This document shows, piece after piece, positions 30,426-40,024 of a stretch of 64,000 nt of DNA (the first letter of the stretch is position 1; every line of letters begins with the position of its first letter). The DNA comes from Candidatus Cloacimonadales bacterium (GTDB lineage: Bacteria; Cloacimonadota; Cloacimonadia; Cloacimonadales; DAONDQ01). Where the stretch lies: positions 768,001 to 832,000 of the forward strand of contig OY759316.1 in assembly GCA_963662275.1 (NCBI GenBank), in the 5' to 3' direction. The notes under the pieces are model-generated. The model had not been told where the DNA came from and searched no databases. It saw only the letters and a program-made list of their open reading frames with translations. The translations under genes and the position numbers were made by a program.

Positions 30426-32644
30426 TAATAAACTTCCTTACCACACTTTGGACATTTCTTGAATTCGCCTTCATTCTTTGAAATATGTTCTTCCATATAC
30501 GGATTTCCACATTCGGGGCATTTGATAAGTACAGGTTTATTATTAGTAATAAATTTACATTCAGGATAATTTGAACAGGAATAGAACTTCCTTCCTGTCT
30601 TGGATTTACGTTCAGATAACTCTCCTGTCTCACACTGAGGGCACTTCACACCAAGAGTAAAGTTACGCGTAAACTTGCAGGTCGGATAATTCGTACAGGC
30701 TATGAACTTACCAAAGCGTCCTGCCTTTAGAGTCAGGTCACTTCCACACTTCGGACATTTCTCCTCAAGCACTTCCTGTTTTACGATCGTGATTGTTCCA
30801 TCAGCAGTACGTGTGAAGTTCTCAAGATGCTTACATTCGGGGAAATTGGAACAACTGAGGAATTGACCTTTCCTACCCCATTTTATCTGCATGTGTCCCG
30901 TGCCACAAAGTGTACATGGCATATCAGTATCTTCCTTCATGTCAGACTTTGTCTGCTTGATATTCACTTTTCCCATCAGTTCCATCAGTACTTTATAATA
31001 TCCTGAGAGAACATCTTCCCACTTCTGTTTTCCATATTCAATTTCATCCAGTTCAGTTTCCATTTCAGCAGTAAATTTTACATTGAAGAGCTTGTCGAAT
31101 TGAGCTACCAGGAAGCCATTCACTTTCTTACCTAAATCTGTAGGTGCAAACTGTTTTTGAATAAGCGTCACATATTGCCGTTCCTGGATCGTTGAAAGAA
31201 TAGCCACATAGGTGGAAGGTCTTCCAATACCCTTGGATTCCAGTTCTTTGATCAAGGCAGCTTCTGTATAACGGGCAGGTGGTTTGGTGAAATGCTGGAG
31301 AGGAACGAATTTATCAATGAGAAGCTCATCTCCCTCATGATAATCCTGATGAATATTCTCACCTTCCGAGACAGAAATATGAGGATATACTTTTCTGAAG
31401 CCTTCATCTGTGACATGCGCTCCCGTTGCTGAAAAAAGCGCTTTTCCTAATTCCACATTCACTTTCGTAGTGGCAATCTGGATAGGTTTCATCTGTGTAG
31501 CAACAAAGCGCTGCCAGATGAGTGTATATAACTTTAACTGATCTTTACTTAAACTAGCCGATACCTGCTCAGGAGTTCGGAAAGGATCTGTGGGGCGAAT
31601 CGCTTCATGTGCGTCTTGAGCTTTATTCTTATTGGCAAATACACGCGCTTTAGATGATACCTGGTCTTTTCCAAAACGTTGCGAGATAAGGTCTCTACAG
31701 GCTGCAAGAGCTTCTTCAGAGATACGCAGAGAATCTGTACGCATGTAGGAGATCAAACCTACACGCTCACCATTGACATCCACACCTTCATACAATTCCT
31801 GGGCTACTTTCATCGTCTTTTTTGCCGGGAAACCTAATACTTTTGATGCTTCCTGCTGAATTGTACTGGTAATGAATGATGGACCCGGTTCCATCTTGCG
31901 AGTGGATTTCTCAATACTCTTCAGGACTGGTAAACCTGCTTTCAGGGATTCCATTAGTTCTAAGGTCTGCTTTTCATTCAGCAGTTCCACCTTTTTCCCT
32001 TCCCATTTATCCAGGATTGTCTTGAAGGATGGCAGTTTGTCTTTGTGGAATATGCCATCAATTGACCAATATTCGGAAGGAACGAATTTATCGATTTCTT
32101 CTTCACGTTCGCAGATGAGACGCAAAGCAACGGACTGCACCCGACCGGCACTCAGGTCTTTTGTGAGAATCTTCCACAACACGGGGCTAACTGTGTAGCC
32201 AACGATTCTATCAAGAATACGTCTTGCCTGTTGTGAATCCACCTTATCCTGGTCAATCTGACCGGGATGTTCCAAAGCTTGGACGATAGCAGTTTTTGTG
32301 ATCTCATTGAAAGTGATGCGGAAGACTGGTTTATTTCCAATTTCCTTCTTCAAAATATAAGCCAGATGCCAGGATATAGCTTCTCCTTCACGGTCATGGT
32401 CTGATGCAAAGTAGATAGTTTCAGCATCGAGAGCTGCTTTTTTTAGTTCATCAATGATCTTCTTTTTCTTCGTATCCACGACATACTTAGCTTTGAAATG
32501 GTTCTCAACATCAACTCCAAGCTCTTTTTGGGGAAGGTCACGTACATGTCCCATTGAAGCTTTAATGATATACTTGTGTTCAAGAAACTTGCTGATCGTA
32601 CTTGCTTTTGCCGGTGATTCGACAATGATAAGCCCTTTTGACAT
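30425..32644 (-). CDS. topA: DNA topoisomerase I
   Basis: IVESPAKA, DHDREGE, SAGRVQS, ISYMRTD, C-terminal Zn ribbons. Confidence 0.98.
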   Translation of the reverse strand: MSKGLIIVESPAKASTISKFLEHKYIIKASMGHVRDLPQKELGVDVENHFKAKYVVDTKKKKIIDELKKAALDAETIYFASDHDREGEAISWHLAYILKKEIGNKPVFRITFNEITKTAIVQALEHPGQIDQDKVDSQQARRILDRIVGYTVSPVLWKILTKDLSAGRVQSVALRLICEREEEIDKFVPSEYWSIDGIFHKDKLPSFKTILDKWEGKKVELLNEKQTLELMESLKAGLPVLKSIEKSTRKMEPGPSFITSTIQQEASKVLGFPAKKTMKVAQELYEGVDVNGERVGLISYMRTDSLRISEEALAACRDLISQRFGKDQVSSKARVFANKNKAQDAHEAIRPTDPFRTPEQVSASLSKDQLKLYTLIWQRFVATQMKPIQIATTKVNVELGKALFSATGAHVTDEGFRKVYPHISVSEGENIHQDYHEGDELLIDKFVPLQHFTKPPARYTEAALIKELESKGIGRPSTYVAILSTIQERQYVTLIQKQFAPTDLGKKVNGFLVAQFDKLFNVKFTAEMETELDEIEYGKQKWEDVLSGYYKVLMELMGKVNIKQTKSDMKEDTDMPCTLCGTGHMQIKWGRKGQFLSCSNFPECKHLENFTRTADGTITIVKQEVLEEKCPKCGSDLTLKAGRFGKFIACTNYPTCKFTRNFTLGVKCPQCETGELSERKSKTGRKFYSCSNYPECKFITNNKPVLIKCPECGNPYMEEHISKNEGEFKKCPKCGKEVY

Positions 32645-32662
32645 TATATAACTTCCTTAGTT

Positions 32663-35600
32663 TTAATCTTCTGAATTCATATGCTCCATCTTACCGCAGC
32701 ATTTTTTATATTTCTTCCCGCTCCCGCAAGGGCAGGGGTCATTTCTTCCTACTTTTAGTTCAGCACGTACGGGAGTTCCTTTCGGTAGTTCCTGTCCATC
32801 ATCTATGGGTTGAGATACATGTGTCGTCTGGTACGCTGATATTTCTGAATGATCTGTTCTCGCTTGAGCCAGCATATTCTGCATTTGCTCCTGTGTGAGA
32901 ATATATGTTGTAAACACTTTTCGTGCCACATTTTGTTGAATCCTGCCAATCAGGCTTTCGAACAGGTCAAGGCTCTCTTTCTTGTATTCAATGAGAGGGT
33001 CTTTATTGGCATAGGCTCGTAAACCAATACCGTCCTTGAGTAAGTCCATCTCATGCAGGTGATCACGCCATTCGTCATCAACAACATCCAGCATGACTCT
33101 TCTTTCAATCTCACGAAGCATTTCTGAGCCTAACTCCACTTCGCGCTTCTGATAAGCTTCCATCATGAACTCTTCAATGGAGGCGGCAACACCCTCAGGG
33201 GTTTGTCTTCCTGACATAGCCACTTCGGCTGTTAAATCCACATCGCAATTAGACCTGAACCAGTTGATGAGTTTATCAAGAGGCCATTCTTCAGGGAAAA
33301 CACCTTCCGGTATCGTTGTTTCTACAAGACCCCAGATCGTTTCCTTGATCATTTCCTTGATGTTATCCTGCAGGTCATAACCTTTCAGTACATTGCGACG
33401 ATAGGAATAGATGACTTCACGCTGCTGATTCATTACTTCATCATATTTGATGAGTTGTTTACGGATATCGAAGTTATGCTCTTCCACCCGACGTTGGGCT
33501 TTTTCAACGGCACTGGTCATCCAGGGATGCATAATCGCCTCCCCTTCCTTTACACCAAACTTTATAAGCATAGGGGCAATACGATCTGAACCGAAAAGTC
33601 GCATCAGGTCATCTTCCAGCGATAAATAGAAACGAGATGTACCAGGATCGCCCTGGCGACCTGCACGACCACGCAACTGACGGTCAATACGTCTGCTTTC
33701 ATGGCGTTCACTGCCGATCACATGCAAACCATCAAGTGGTTTACCATATTCGAATTCTGATGTTATCTTCCATGGATCATCCAGGTAAAATTCCTTATCG
33801 TTCGTCACAACTGTCTCACCGAGTTTGATATCAGTTCCACGACCAGCCATATTGGTAGCAATCGTGACAGCTTTAGCATGTCCTGCTTCACGGATAATTT
33901 CTGCTTCCCGTTCATGATTCTTAGCATTCAGGATGTTATGATCAATCTTCTTTCTTCTCAGGAGACGACTCAGGGTTTCGGAAACTTCTACTGAGACTGT
34001 ACCGACGAGAACAGGCTTACCTCTTTCATACCAATAAGCTATTTCATCGATAATGGCATTGTATTTTTCACTTTTAGTAAGATAAATTACATCTTCATGG
34101 TCATGTCTGGAAACTGGGCGATTCGTGGGAATTGGAAGCACCGGAAGATGGTAAATTTCCATAAATTCCGACTCTTCAGTCACAGCAGTACCGGTCATAC
34201 CTGCCAGTTTATCAAACATACGGAAGTAATTCTGCAGGGTAATTGTGGCAAATGTTTGAGTTCCTCCCTCAATTTTGACATTTTCCTTGGCTTCAAGAGC
34301 CTGGTGCAAGCCATCACTGAACCTGCGCCCCGGCATCATTCTACCGGTAAATTCATCCACAATGACGACCTGGTTATCGTTGATCACATAATCCACGTCT
34401 TTTTCAAAGAGGGAATAGGCTTTCAGGAGTTGTGCTATATTATGCAATTTCTCGGTTTTATCGAGAAAATGATTGGTAACGGATTCCTTTTTCATGGTTT
34501 TCTGTTCAGGTGTGAGACCTGGATTTTCATCCACTTCTGTTAACATATCGTCCAAGCTATTCAGTAGAAACAAGTCAGGATCAGATTTGGACAGGAAATC
34601 CCTGCCTTTTTCAGCCAGATCAGCGCTATTCTGCTTTTCTTCGATCACATAGAATAGCTCTCCATCGAGTTCTGTCATCTTTTTGTCTCGAAGATAGTAG
34701 CCTTCAGTATCATTTACCAGTTTCTTCAGATCACCTTCCTGCATCATTTTCAGGAATGCCTTGCTTCTTGGAGCTGCCCTGGAAACCAGTAATAGATTCT
34801 TGGCAATCATGTCATAGTCAGGCTTATCTGCAGTCAATGCTTGACGCACTTCAGATAATAAACGATTCGTAAGAACATTCTGCATACCCACTAATTGAAC
34901 GAGAGGTGCGCGAAGTTCGTCATAGAAATTCTTGTCCTGCGTTATCGGACCGCTGATAATCAAAGGTGTACGTGCTTCGTCAACGAGAATGCTATCCACT
35001 TCATCAACGATGGCATAATAGAATTCACGCTGCACAACCTGTTCAATGCTGGTTGCCATGTTATCACGAAGATAGTCGAAACCGAATTCACTGTTCATTC
35101 CATAGGTCACATCACAGCTATATGCTGCCTTGCGTTCATCGAAGTCCATTCGGGTAATGATGACGCCAACGGTCAGACCGTGGAAGGCAAAGATTGGACC
35201 CATCCACTCTGAGTCACGTTGAGCGAGGTAATCATTCACTGTCACGAGATGTACATTCCGACCGGTCAAGGCATTGAGGAATAGTGGCAGGACTGCCACA
35301 AGGGTCTTTCCTTCACCTGTTGCCATTTCTGTGATCATACCCTTATGAAGGGCAATTGCACCGATGAGTTGAACATCAAAGGGAACCATATCCCATTCCG
35401 TTTCATGACCGCGCACATCATATTTCATACCCAACATGCGCCTGCATGTATCTTTTATTATGGCATACACTTCCGGGAGATATTCATCCAGGATTTCCTG
35501 GACTTGTGGTTTCGATTTCTTCTTCAAAGCATCCATTTCATTGCCGATGATGGTCTGTTCCCGCTCATCAGGTTCTTTCTGGTAGGCTTCTTTTAGTTTA

Positions 35601-35797
35601 TCTATTGTGTCAAAAATATCCTGGACTTTTCCCTCAATCTCTGCTCTGATCACTTGGATACGATCACGTAATTCATCATCACTCTTAGCTTCCAAGGTGG
35701 GATATATCTCTAGAATATCATCCACATACGGCTGCAGTTTCTTGAGTTCTTTCACTGATGGGTCGCCAAACAATTGGCGTAACACTTTTTCAAACAT
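32663..35797 (-). CDS. secA: Preprotein translocase ATPase SecA
   Basis: MATGEGKT, DEVDSIL, ATNMAGRGTDI, GRQGDPG, SEC-C CPCGSGKKYKKCC. Confidence 0.98.
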   Translation of the reverse strand: MFEKVLRQLFGDPSVKELKKLQPYVDDILEIYPTLEAKSDDELRDRIQVIRAEIEGKVQDIFDTIDKLKEAYQKEPDEREQTIIGNEMDALKKKSKPQVQEILDEYLPEVYAIIKDTCRRMLGMKYDVRGHETEWDMVPFDVQLIGAIALHKGMITEMATGEGKTLVAVLPLFLNALTGRNVHLVTVNDYLAQRDSEWMGPIFAFHGLTVGVIITRMDFDERKAAYSCDVTYGMNSEFGFDYLRDNMATSIEQVVQREFYYAIVDEVDSILVDEARTPLIISGPITQDKNFYDELRAPLVQLVGMQNVLTNRLLSEVRQALTADKPDYDMIAKNLLLVSRAAPRSKAFLKMMQEGDLKKLVNDTEGYYLRDKKMTELDGELFYVIEEKQNSADLAEKGRDFLSKSDPDLFLLNSLDDMLTEVDENPGLTPEQKTMKKESVTNHFLDKTEKLHNIAQLLKAYSLFEKDVDYVINDNQVVIVDEFTGRMMPGRRFSDGLHQALEAKENVKIEGGTQTFATITLQNYFRMFDKLAGMTGTAVTEESEFMEIYHLPVLPIPTNRPVSRHDHEDVIYLTKSEKYNAIIDEIAYWYERGKPVLVGTVSVEVSETLSRLLRRKKIDHNILNAKNHEREAEIIREAGHAKAVTIATNMAGRGTDIKLGETVVTNDKEFYLDDPWKITSEFEYGKPLDGLHVIGSERHESRRIDRQLRGRAGRQGDPGTSRFYLSLEDDLMRLFGSDRIAPMLIKFGVKEGEAIMHPWMTSAVEKAQRRVEEHNFDIRKQLIKYDEVMNQQREVIYSYRRNVLKGYDLQDNIKEMIKETIWGLVETTIPEGVFPEEWPLDKLINWFRSNCDVDLTAEVAMSGRQTPEGVAASIEEFMMEAYQKREVELGSEMLREIERRVMLDVVDDEWRDHLHEMDLLKDGIGLRAYANKDPLIEYKKESLDLFESLIGRIQQNVARKVFTTYILTQEQMQNMLAQARTDHSEISAYQTTHVSQPIDDGQELPKGTPVRAELKVGRNDPCPCGSGKKYKKCCGKMEHMNSED

Positions 35798-36245
35798 AGT
35801 TCTTCCCTATTTTAGTTTGAGTCAAATTAGAATAGGGAGGTGGTGTGTCAATCAATTTGAAAGTTCGAAGTGCGAAGTTCGAAGCTCGAAGTGAAGAGCA
35901 GAGCTTGTTTCCCTCCCTTTGGATAACCATGGAAATTCCCCCTTGGGAAGGGGGGTAGGGGGGTCTTCTGCTCTTACTGAAACCTGGCATCTAAAATCTG
36001 GTACCTTCCGCTCCGCTCTTCTCCTACAAGCTGCAACCTAGAACCTACAACCTTTTGCAAGATTCCAGAAGCTCCGCATCTGGCTATTGGATATTGTCAT
36101 TCCATGACAACGACATTGCATACGTCTTGTTGCAATTAAATAGCATATTTATCAAATTGATCATTTCCCTCCGTTACATCGGAGATGTAATATCCGATAG
36201 CCAGAGATGGAAACGATTGGGAACAAATGGAACGATGGTATCGTT

Positions 36246-36335
36246 TTATTCCAAATCATCCTTAGGATGATATTGAAAATCATGCTTTTTTAAAAAGCAT
36301 TCATATTCTTCTTCGCTTGTTCTTTTGCAGTGATG
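36246..36335 (-). pseudogene. 3' remnant of an IS200/RAYT-like Y1 transposase (copy 1)
   Basis: Manual translation HHCKRTSEEEYECFLKKHDFQYHPKDDLE*, resembling the HHxKxTFxEEYxxFL C-terminus of TnpA-Y1. Confidence 0.55.
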
Positions 36336-36942
36336 GCAATTCCAGTTTCTCAAACTCTCCGACCTGAAGGTCACCTCCCTTTATCCAAAGGGAGGAATAA
36401 TTCCGCATCCTCTCTGGTCTCCCTCCCTTTGGATGAAGACCATGCTGACTGTCTGATTTCCCTCCCTTTGGATAAAGCATGCTGACTGTCTGATTTCCCT
36501 CCCTTTGGATAAAGCATGCTGACTGTCTGATTTCCCTCCCTTTGGATAAAGCATGCTGACTGACTGATTTCCCTCCCTTTGGATAAAGCATGCTGACTGT
36601 CTGATTTCCCTCCCTTTGGATAACCATGGAAATCCCCCCTTGGGAAGGGGGGTAGGGGGGTCTTCTGCTCTTCCTGAAACCTGGCATCTAAAATCTGGTA
36701 CCTTCCGCTCCGCTCTTCTCCTACAAGCTGCAACCTAGAACCTACAACCTTTTGCAAGATTCCAGAAGCTCCGCATCTGGCTATTGGATATTGTCATTCC
36801 ATGACAACGACATTGCATACGTCTTGTTGCAATTAAATAGTATATTTATCAAATTGATCATTTCCCTCCGTTACATCGGAGATGTAATATCCGATAGCCA
36901 GAGATGGAAACGATTGGGAACAAATGGAACGATGGTATCGTT

Positions 36943-37032
36943 TTATTCCAAATCATCCTTAGGATGATATTGAAAATCATGCTTTTTTAAAAAGCATTCA
37001 TATTCTTCTTCGCTTGTTCTTTTGCAGTGATG
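36943..37032 (-). pseudogene. 3' remnant of an IS200/RAYT-like Y1 transposase (copy 2)
   Basis: Duplicate of 36246-36335 at +697. Confidence 0.55.
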
Positions 37033-37360
37033 GCAATTCCAGTTTCTCAAACTCTCCGACCTGAAGGTCACCTCCCTTTATCCAAAGGGAGGAATAATTC
37101 CGCATCCTCTCTGGTCTCCCTCCCTTTGGATGAAGACCATGCTGACTGTCTGATTTCCCTCCCTTTGGATGAAGACCATGCTGACTGTCTGATTTCCCTC
37201 CCTTTGGATAAAGGGAGGGGTTAGGGGAGAGTTTGATTCTCTGCACTTCTCATTCTGAACTAGCACCTAATACCTAGTACCTAGAACCTTCTGCAAATCC
37301 CTCTCCATCCTTGACAAAAACCCCTACTACCCAGTCCTCTCAATCAGGAGACTTTATTCA

Positions 37361-38137
37361 ATGAAGAGAATAGAAACACACTTGGATATTAAAACCATGC
37401 CGGAGGTTATAAAGCCATTCATCAGAAATGTACGGATATATAACAGCAGTTGTTCAGAGGCTGCTCAAACTTACTATATCGAGGGATCTGTGCGAGCATT
37501 CTTAAAGATAAGCAGCGGAAGTAAGCTATACAGGGAAAGTGTCATGACAGAGTTTTTCCATTGTCATGGACTAGCTCCGGCTGTGCTGGGCTATGTCACT
37601 GATAATGGACAGGATTATTTACTTACCGAAGCTCTCACCGGAGAGGATGGTATCTCGGGAAGGCATATGGAAGAGTCATACCGGCTTGCAGAAGAATTTG
37701 GCAACTACCTGAAGCTGATACATAGCCTTCCTGTACTGGATTGTCCGGTAAAAAACAGAACAGCAGAGATGCTATTGGAAGCTGAAGGGAATATCACTAG
37801 GCAGTATTGCGACCGTGAGATAATCATAGAAAGCATGGATACAGCTTCAGAAACTTTCGGGAAATTGAAGCACCTGGCTCAGGCAGATACCGTGATTCAC
37901 GGCGACTATTGCCTGCCCAATATCATCATGCAGGATTACTGCTTGAGCGGATTTGTTGACCTGGGAAATGGTGGCGTTGGAGACAGTCATTACGATCTGT
38001 TCTGGGGTATCTGGACGCTGAAATATAACTTTCAAACGGATCAGTATGCAGATACATTCGTCAATGCCTATGGCAGGGATAAAGTTGATTGGGACAGGCT
38101 GGAGTTGTGCCGGCTGCTGGCAGGACTGACAGAATAA
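37361..38137 (+). CDS. Aminoglycoside 3'-phosphotransferase-like kinase
   Basis: HGDYCLPNII (Brenner motif), GFVDLG, GDSHYDL; AGGAG RBS, TTGACA at 37311. Confidence 0.85.
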   Translation: MKRIETHLDIKTMPEVIKPFIRNVRIYNSSCSEAAQTYYIEGSVRAFLKISSGSKLYRESVMTEFFHCHGLAPAVLGYVTDNGQDYLLTEALTGEDGISGRHMEESYRLAEEFGNYLKLIHSLPVLDCPVKNRTAEMLLEAEGNITRQYCDREIIIESMDTASETFGKLKHLAQADTVIHGDYCLPNIIMQDYCLSGFVDLGNGGVGDSHYDLFWGIWTLKYNFQTDQYADTFVNAYGRDKVDWDRLELCRLLAGLTE

Positions 38138-38581
38138 AATTAAAAATTAAAAATTAAAGATTAAAAATTGGCAGAGAAGAACACAAGGAATTGAAGATTT
38201 AAGATTGAAAATTTAAGATTTAAGATTGGCAGAGCAAATATGAGCAGTGCAGAAGAGGCTATAAATCGACAAATAAGTCTGCTATAAAATTAAATAAGTT
38301 TCATCTAGGCATTATCTAGGGATCATCTAGGGATCATCTAGACTTTCTTAGATTCTCTTAGGAAAATGCTTTATTCTTATCTTTTTTCATCTTTTTTTGT
38401 ATTAAAAGAGATATCCTTATGGCACATGAACCGCTCCTAAGTCAGATAGTAACAGCTACTAGTCAGATCCTAATCAGCTCCTAACCAGCTCCTAAAGTAT
38501 TTTAAACATTCGTTACGATCTTTTGATGATATATTTAGTTTCTAATCTCTTCGTCATTCAAGAGCCAGTCAGGTGGGTTCA

Positions 38582-38913
38582 TTTCGTATCTCGGTTTGTT
38601 AAGCCGTTAATTGGAAGGGCTGTTAGCCCTGGATTTCGTATCTCGGTTTGTTAAGCCGTTAATTGGAAGGGCTGTTAGCCCTGGATCTCGTATCTCGGTT
38701 TGTTAAGCCATTAATGGAAGGGCTGTTAGCCCTGGATTCTATTCGTATCTCGGTTTGTTAAGCCGTTAATGGAAGAGCTGTTAGCCCTGGATTCTATTCA
38801 TATCTCGGTTTGTTAAGCTACAAGAAGAATAACGGGGGATAACATCCCCTCTTTTAACGGCTTAACAATCCGTGATACGAAACAAGCCGAGATACGAAAC
38901 AAGCCGTGATACG
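38582..38913. repeat. REP tandem array downstream of RAYT (52-55 bp units, ~5 copies) plus a short inverted cluster
   Basis: CGTATCTCGGTTTGTTAAGCCG...AGGGCTGTTAGCCCT units at 38585, 38637, 38689, 38744, 38799 (partial); inverted CCGAGATACG-type copies at ~38855-38913. Confidence 0.9.
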
Positions 38914-38914
38914 A

Positions 38915-39577
38915 TTATAATAGCATCTGTTCAGTGATTTCTGGAGCAACCCATGTATATTGCCAATCCTGGTATTTACTCACCAAATTCGCCTTAACAG
39001 GATTTTGCTTAATGTAGGTTACAATTCTAAAGAACTCATTTTCATCTCTAACCAGATGATCATATGATTCACTGTTCCAGAAAGCACCTTCACGGTTCAA
39101 TAACTGGTTAATTTTTCTGGCAGTATATCCCTTCCATGTTTGTGTAATGGAAGGTAGCGTTTTTTTATAATCGATGGGATTTACATACGGCGTGATTAAA
39201 ACATGCACATGATTTGGCATAATACAAAATGCATGTAAGTAGTATTTTTTGTTGTTATTGAAGTGCATAGATTCCTGCACGATATCAGCAATATCCAGTT
39301 GTTTCAACAATTCAGGATACTCTCTTGAAATTCCAACTTGCTGATCAATCCAGTCAAAGACCTTTTTATGATAATTGTAAGCCAGCATTGATTTGTATTC
39401 CTGTGTTAGAGTTTTACATGATTGCTCGAATTCCATTCTCATATCGTATAAGTGGTTTTTAATTAATGGTGATAATTCGAATTTCATGTGCCATGTGATG
39501 AAGATCGGATGGTTTTGTTGAAATAAATGCGGAAGACGGCGCTTGTAGAAGAAAGATACAGATTCCAGGTCTAACAT
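38915..39577 (-). mobile_element. REP-associated tyrosine transposase (RAYT, HUH Y1)
   Basis: YKRRLPH...FITW, CIMPNHVHVL (HUH), FWNSESYDHLVRD, YIKQNPVKA (catalytic Tyr); GGAGG RBS; flanked by REP arrays. Confidence 0.92.
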
Positions 39578-39617
39578 GATTACCTCCGAGGTATTGATTT
39601 TTTTAGATTTAGGAATC

Positions 39618-39946
39618 GGGATAACATCCCATTGATTATCGGCTTACAAGCCGAGATACGAAACTGAGATACGAACATTCAGGGCTAACAGCCCTTCCAT
39701 TATCGGCTTAACAAGCCGAGATACGAAACTGAGATACGAATATTCAGGGCTAACAGCCCTTCCATTATCGGCTTAACAAGCCGAGATACGAAACTGAGAT
39801 ACGAATATTCAGGGCTAACAGCCCTTCCATTATCGGCTTAACAAACCGAGATACGAAACTGAGATACGAATATTCAGGGCTAACAGCCCTTCCACTATCG
39901 GCTTAACAAGCCGAGATACGAAACTGAGATACGAATATTCAGGGCT
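39618..39946. repeat. REP tandem array upstream of RAYT, 65-bp period, ~5 copies, inverted relative to the left array
   Basis: CCGAGATACG at 39651, 39716, 39781, 39846, 39911; each unit has hairpins CGGCTTAACAAGCCG and AGGGCTAACAGCCCT. Confidence 0.92.
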
Positions 39947-40024
39947 GTTAGCCTTGGATTTCTTATCTCAGCTAACAGCCACTACCTATCAAATTTTATT
40001 TCACCGAGACATGACGTCATTCTT

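Larger units (their letters stand above)
35911..37231. repeat. Near-identical 697-bp tandem duplication delimited by CCCTCCCTTTGGATA, with internal 37/39-bp tandem arrays and C/G-rich palindromes
   Basis: Copies start at 35911 and 36608; identical 71-aa shadow ORFs at 36055/36752; three substitutions seen; sub-units at 36421, 36460, 36497, 36534, 36571 and at 37118, 37157, 37196. Confidence 0.92.

Noticed and set aside
36421..36620. CRISPR array of 37-bp repeats
   Set aside because: Units are contiguous with no spacers.
35790..37266. Small ORFs of 62-128 aa in the duplicated region
   Set aside because: They are translations of palindromes and tandem repeats, with no RBS or family motifs.
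38582..39946. CRISPR array (65-bp period, palindromic repeats)
   Set aside because: Inter-repeat sequence is nearly identical between units (no unique spacers), no cas genes, and a RAYT lies in the middle.
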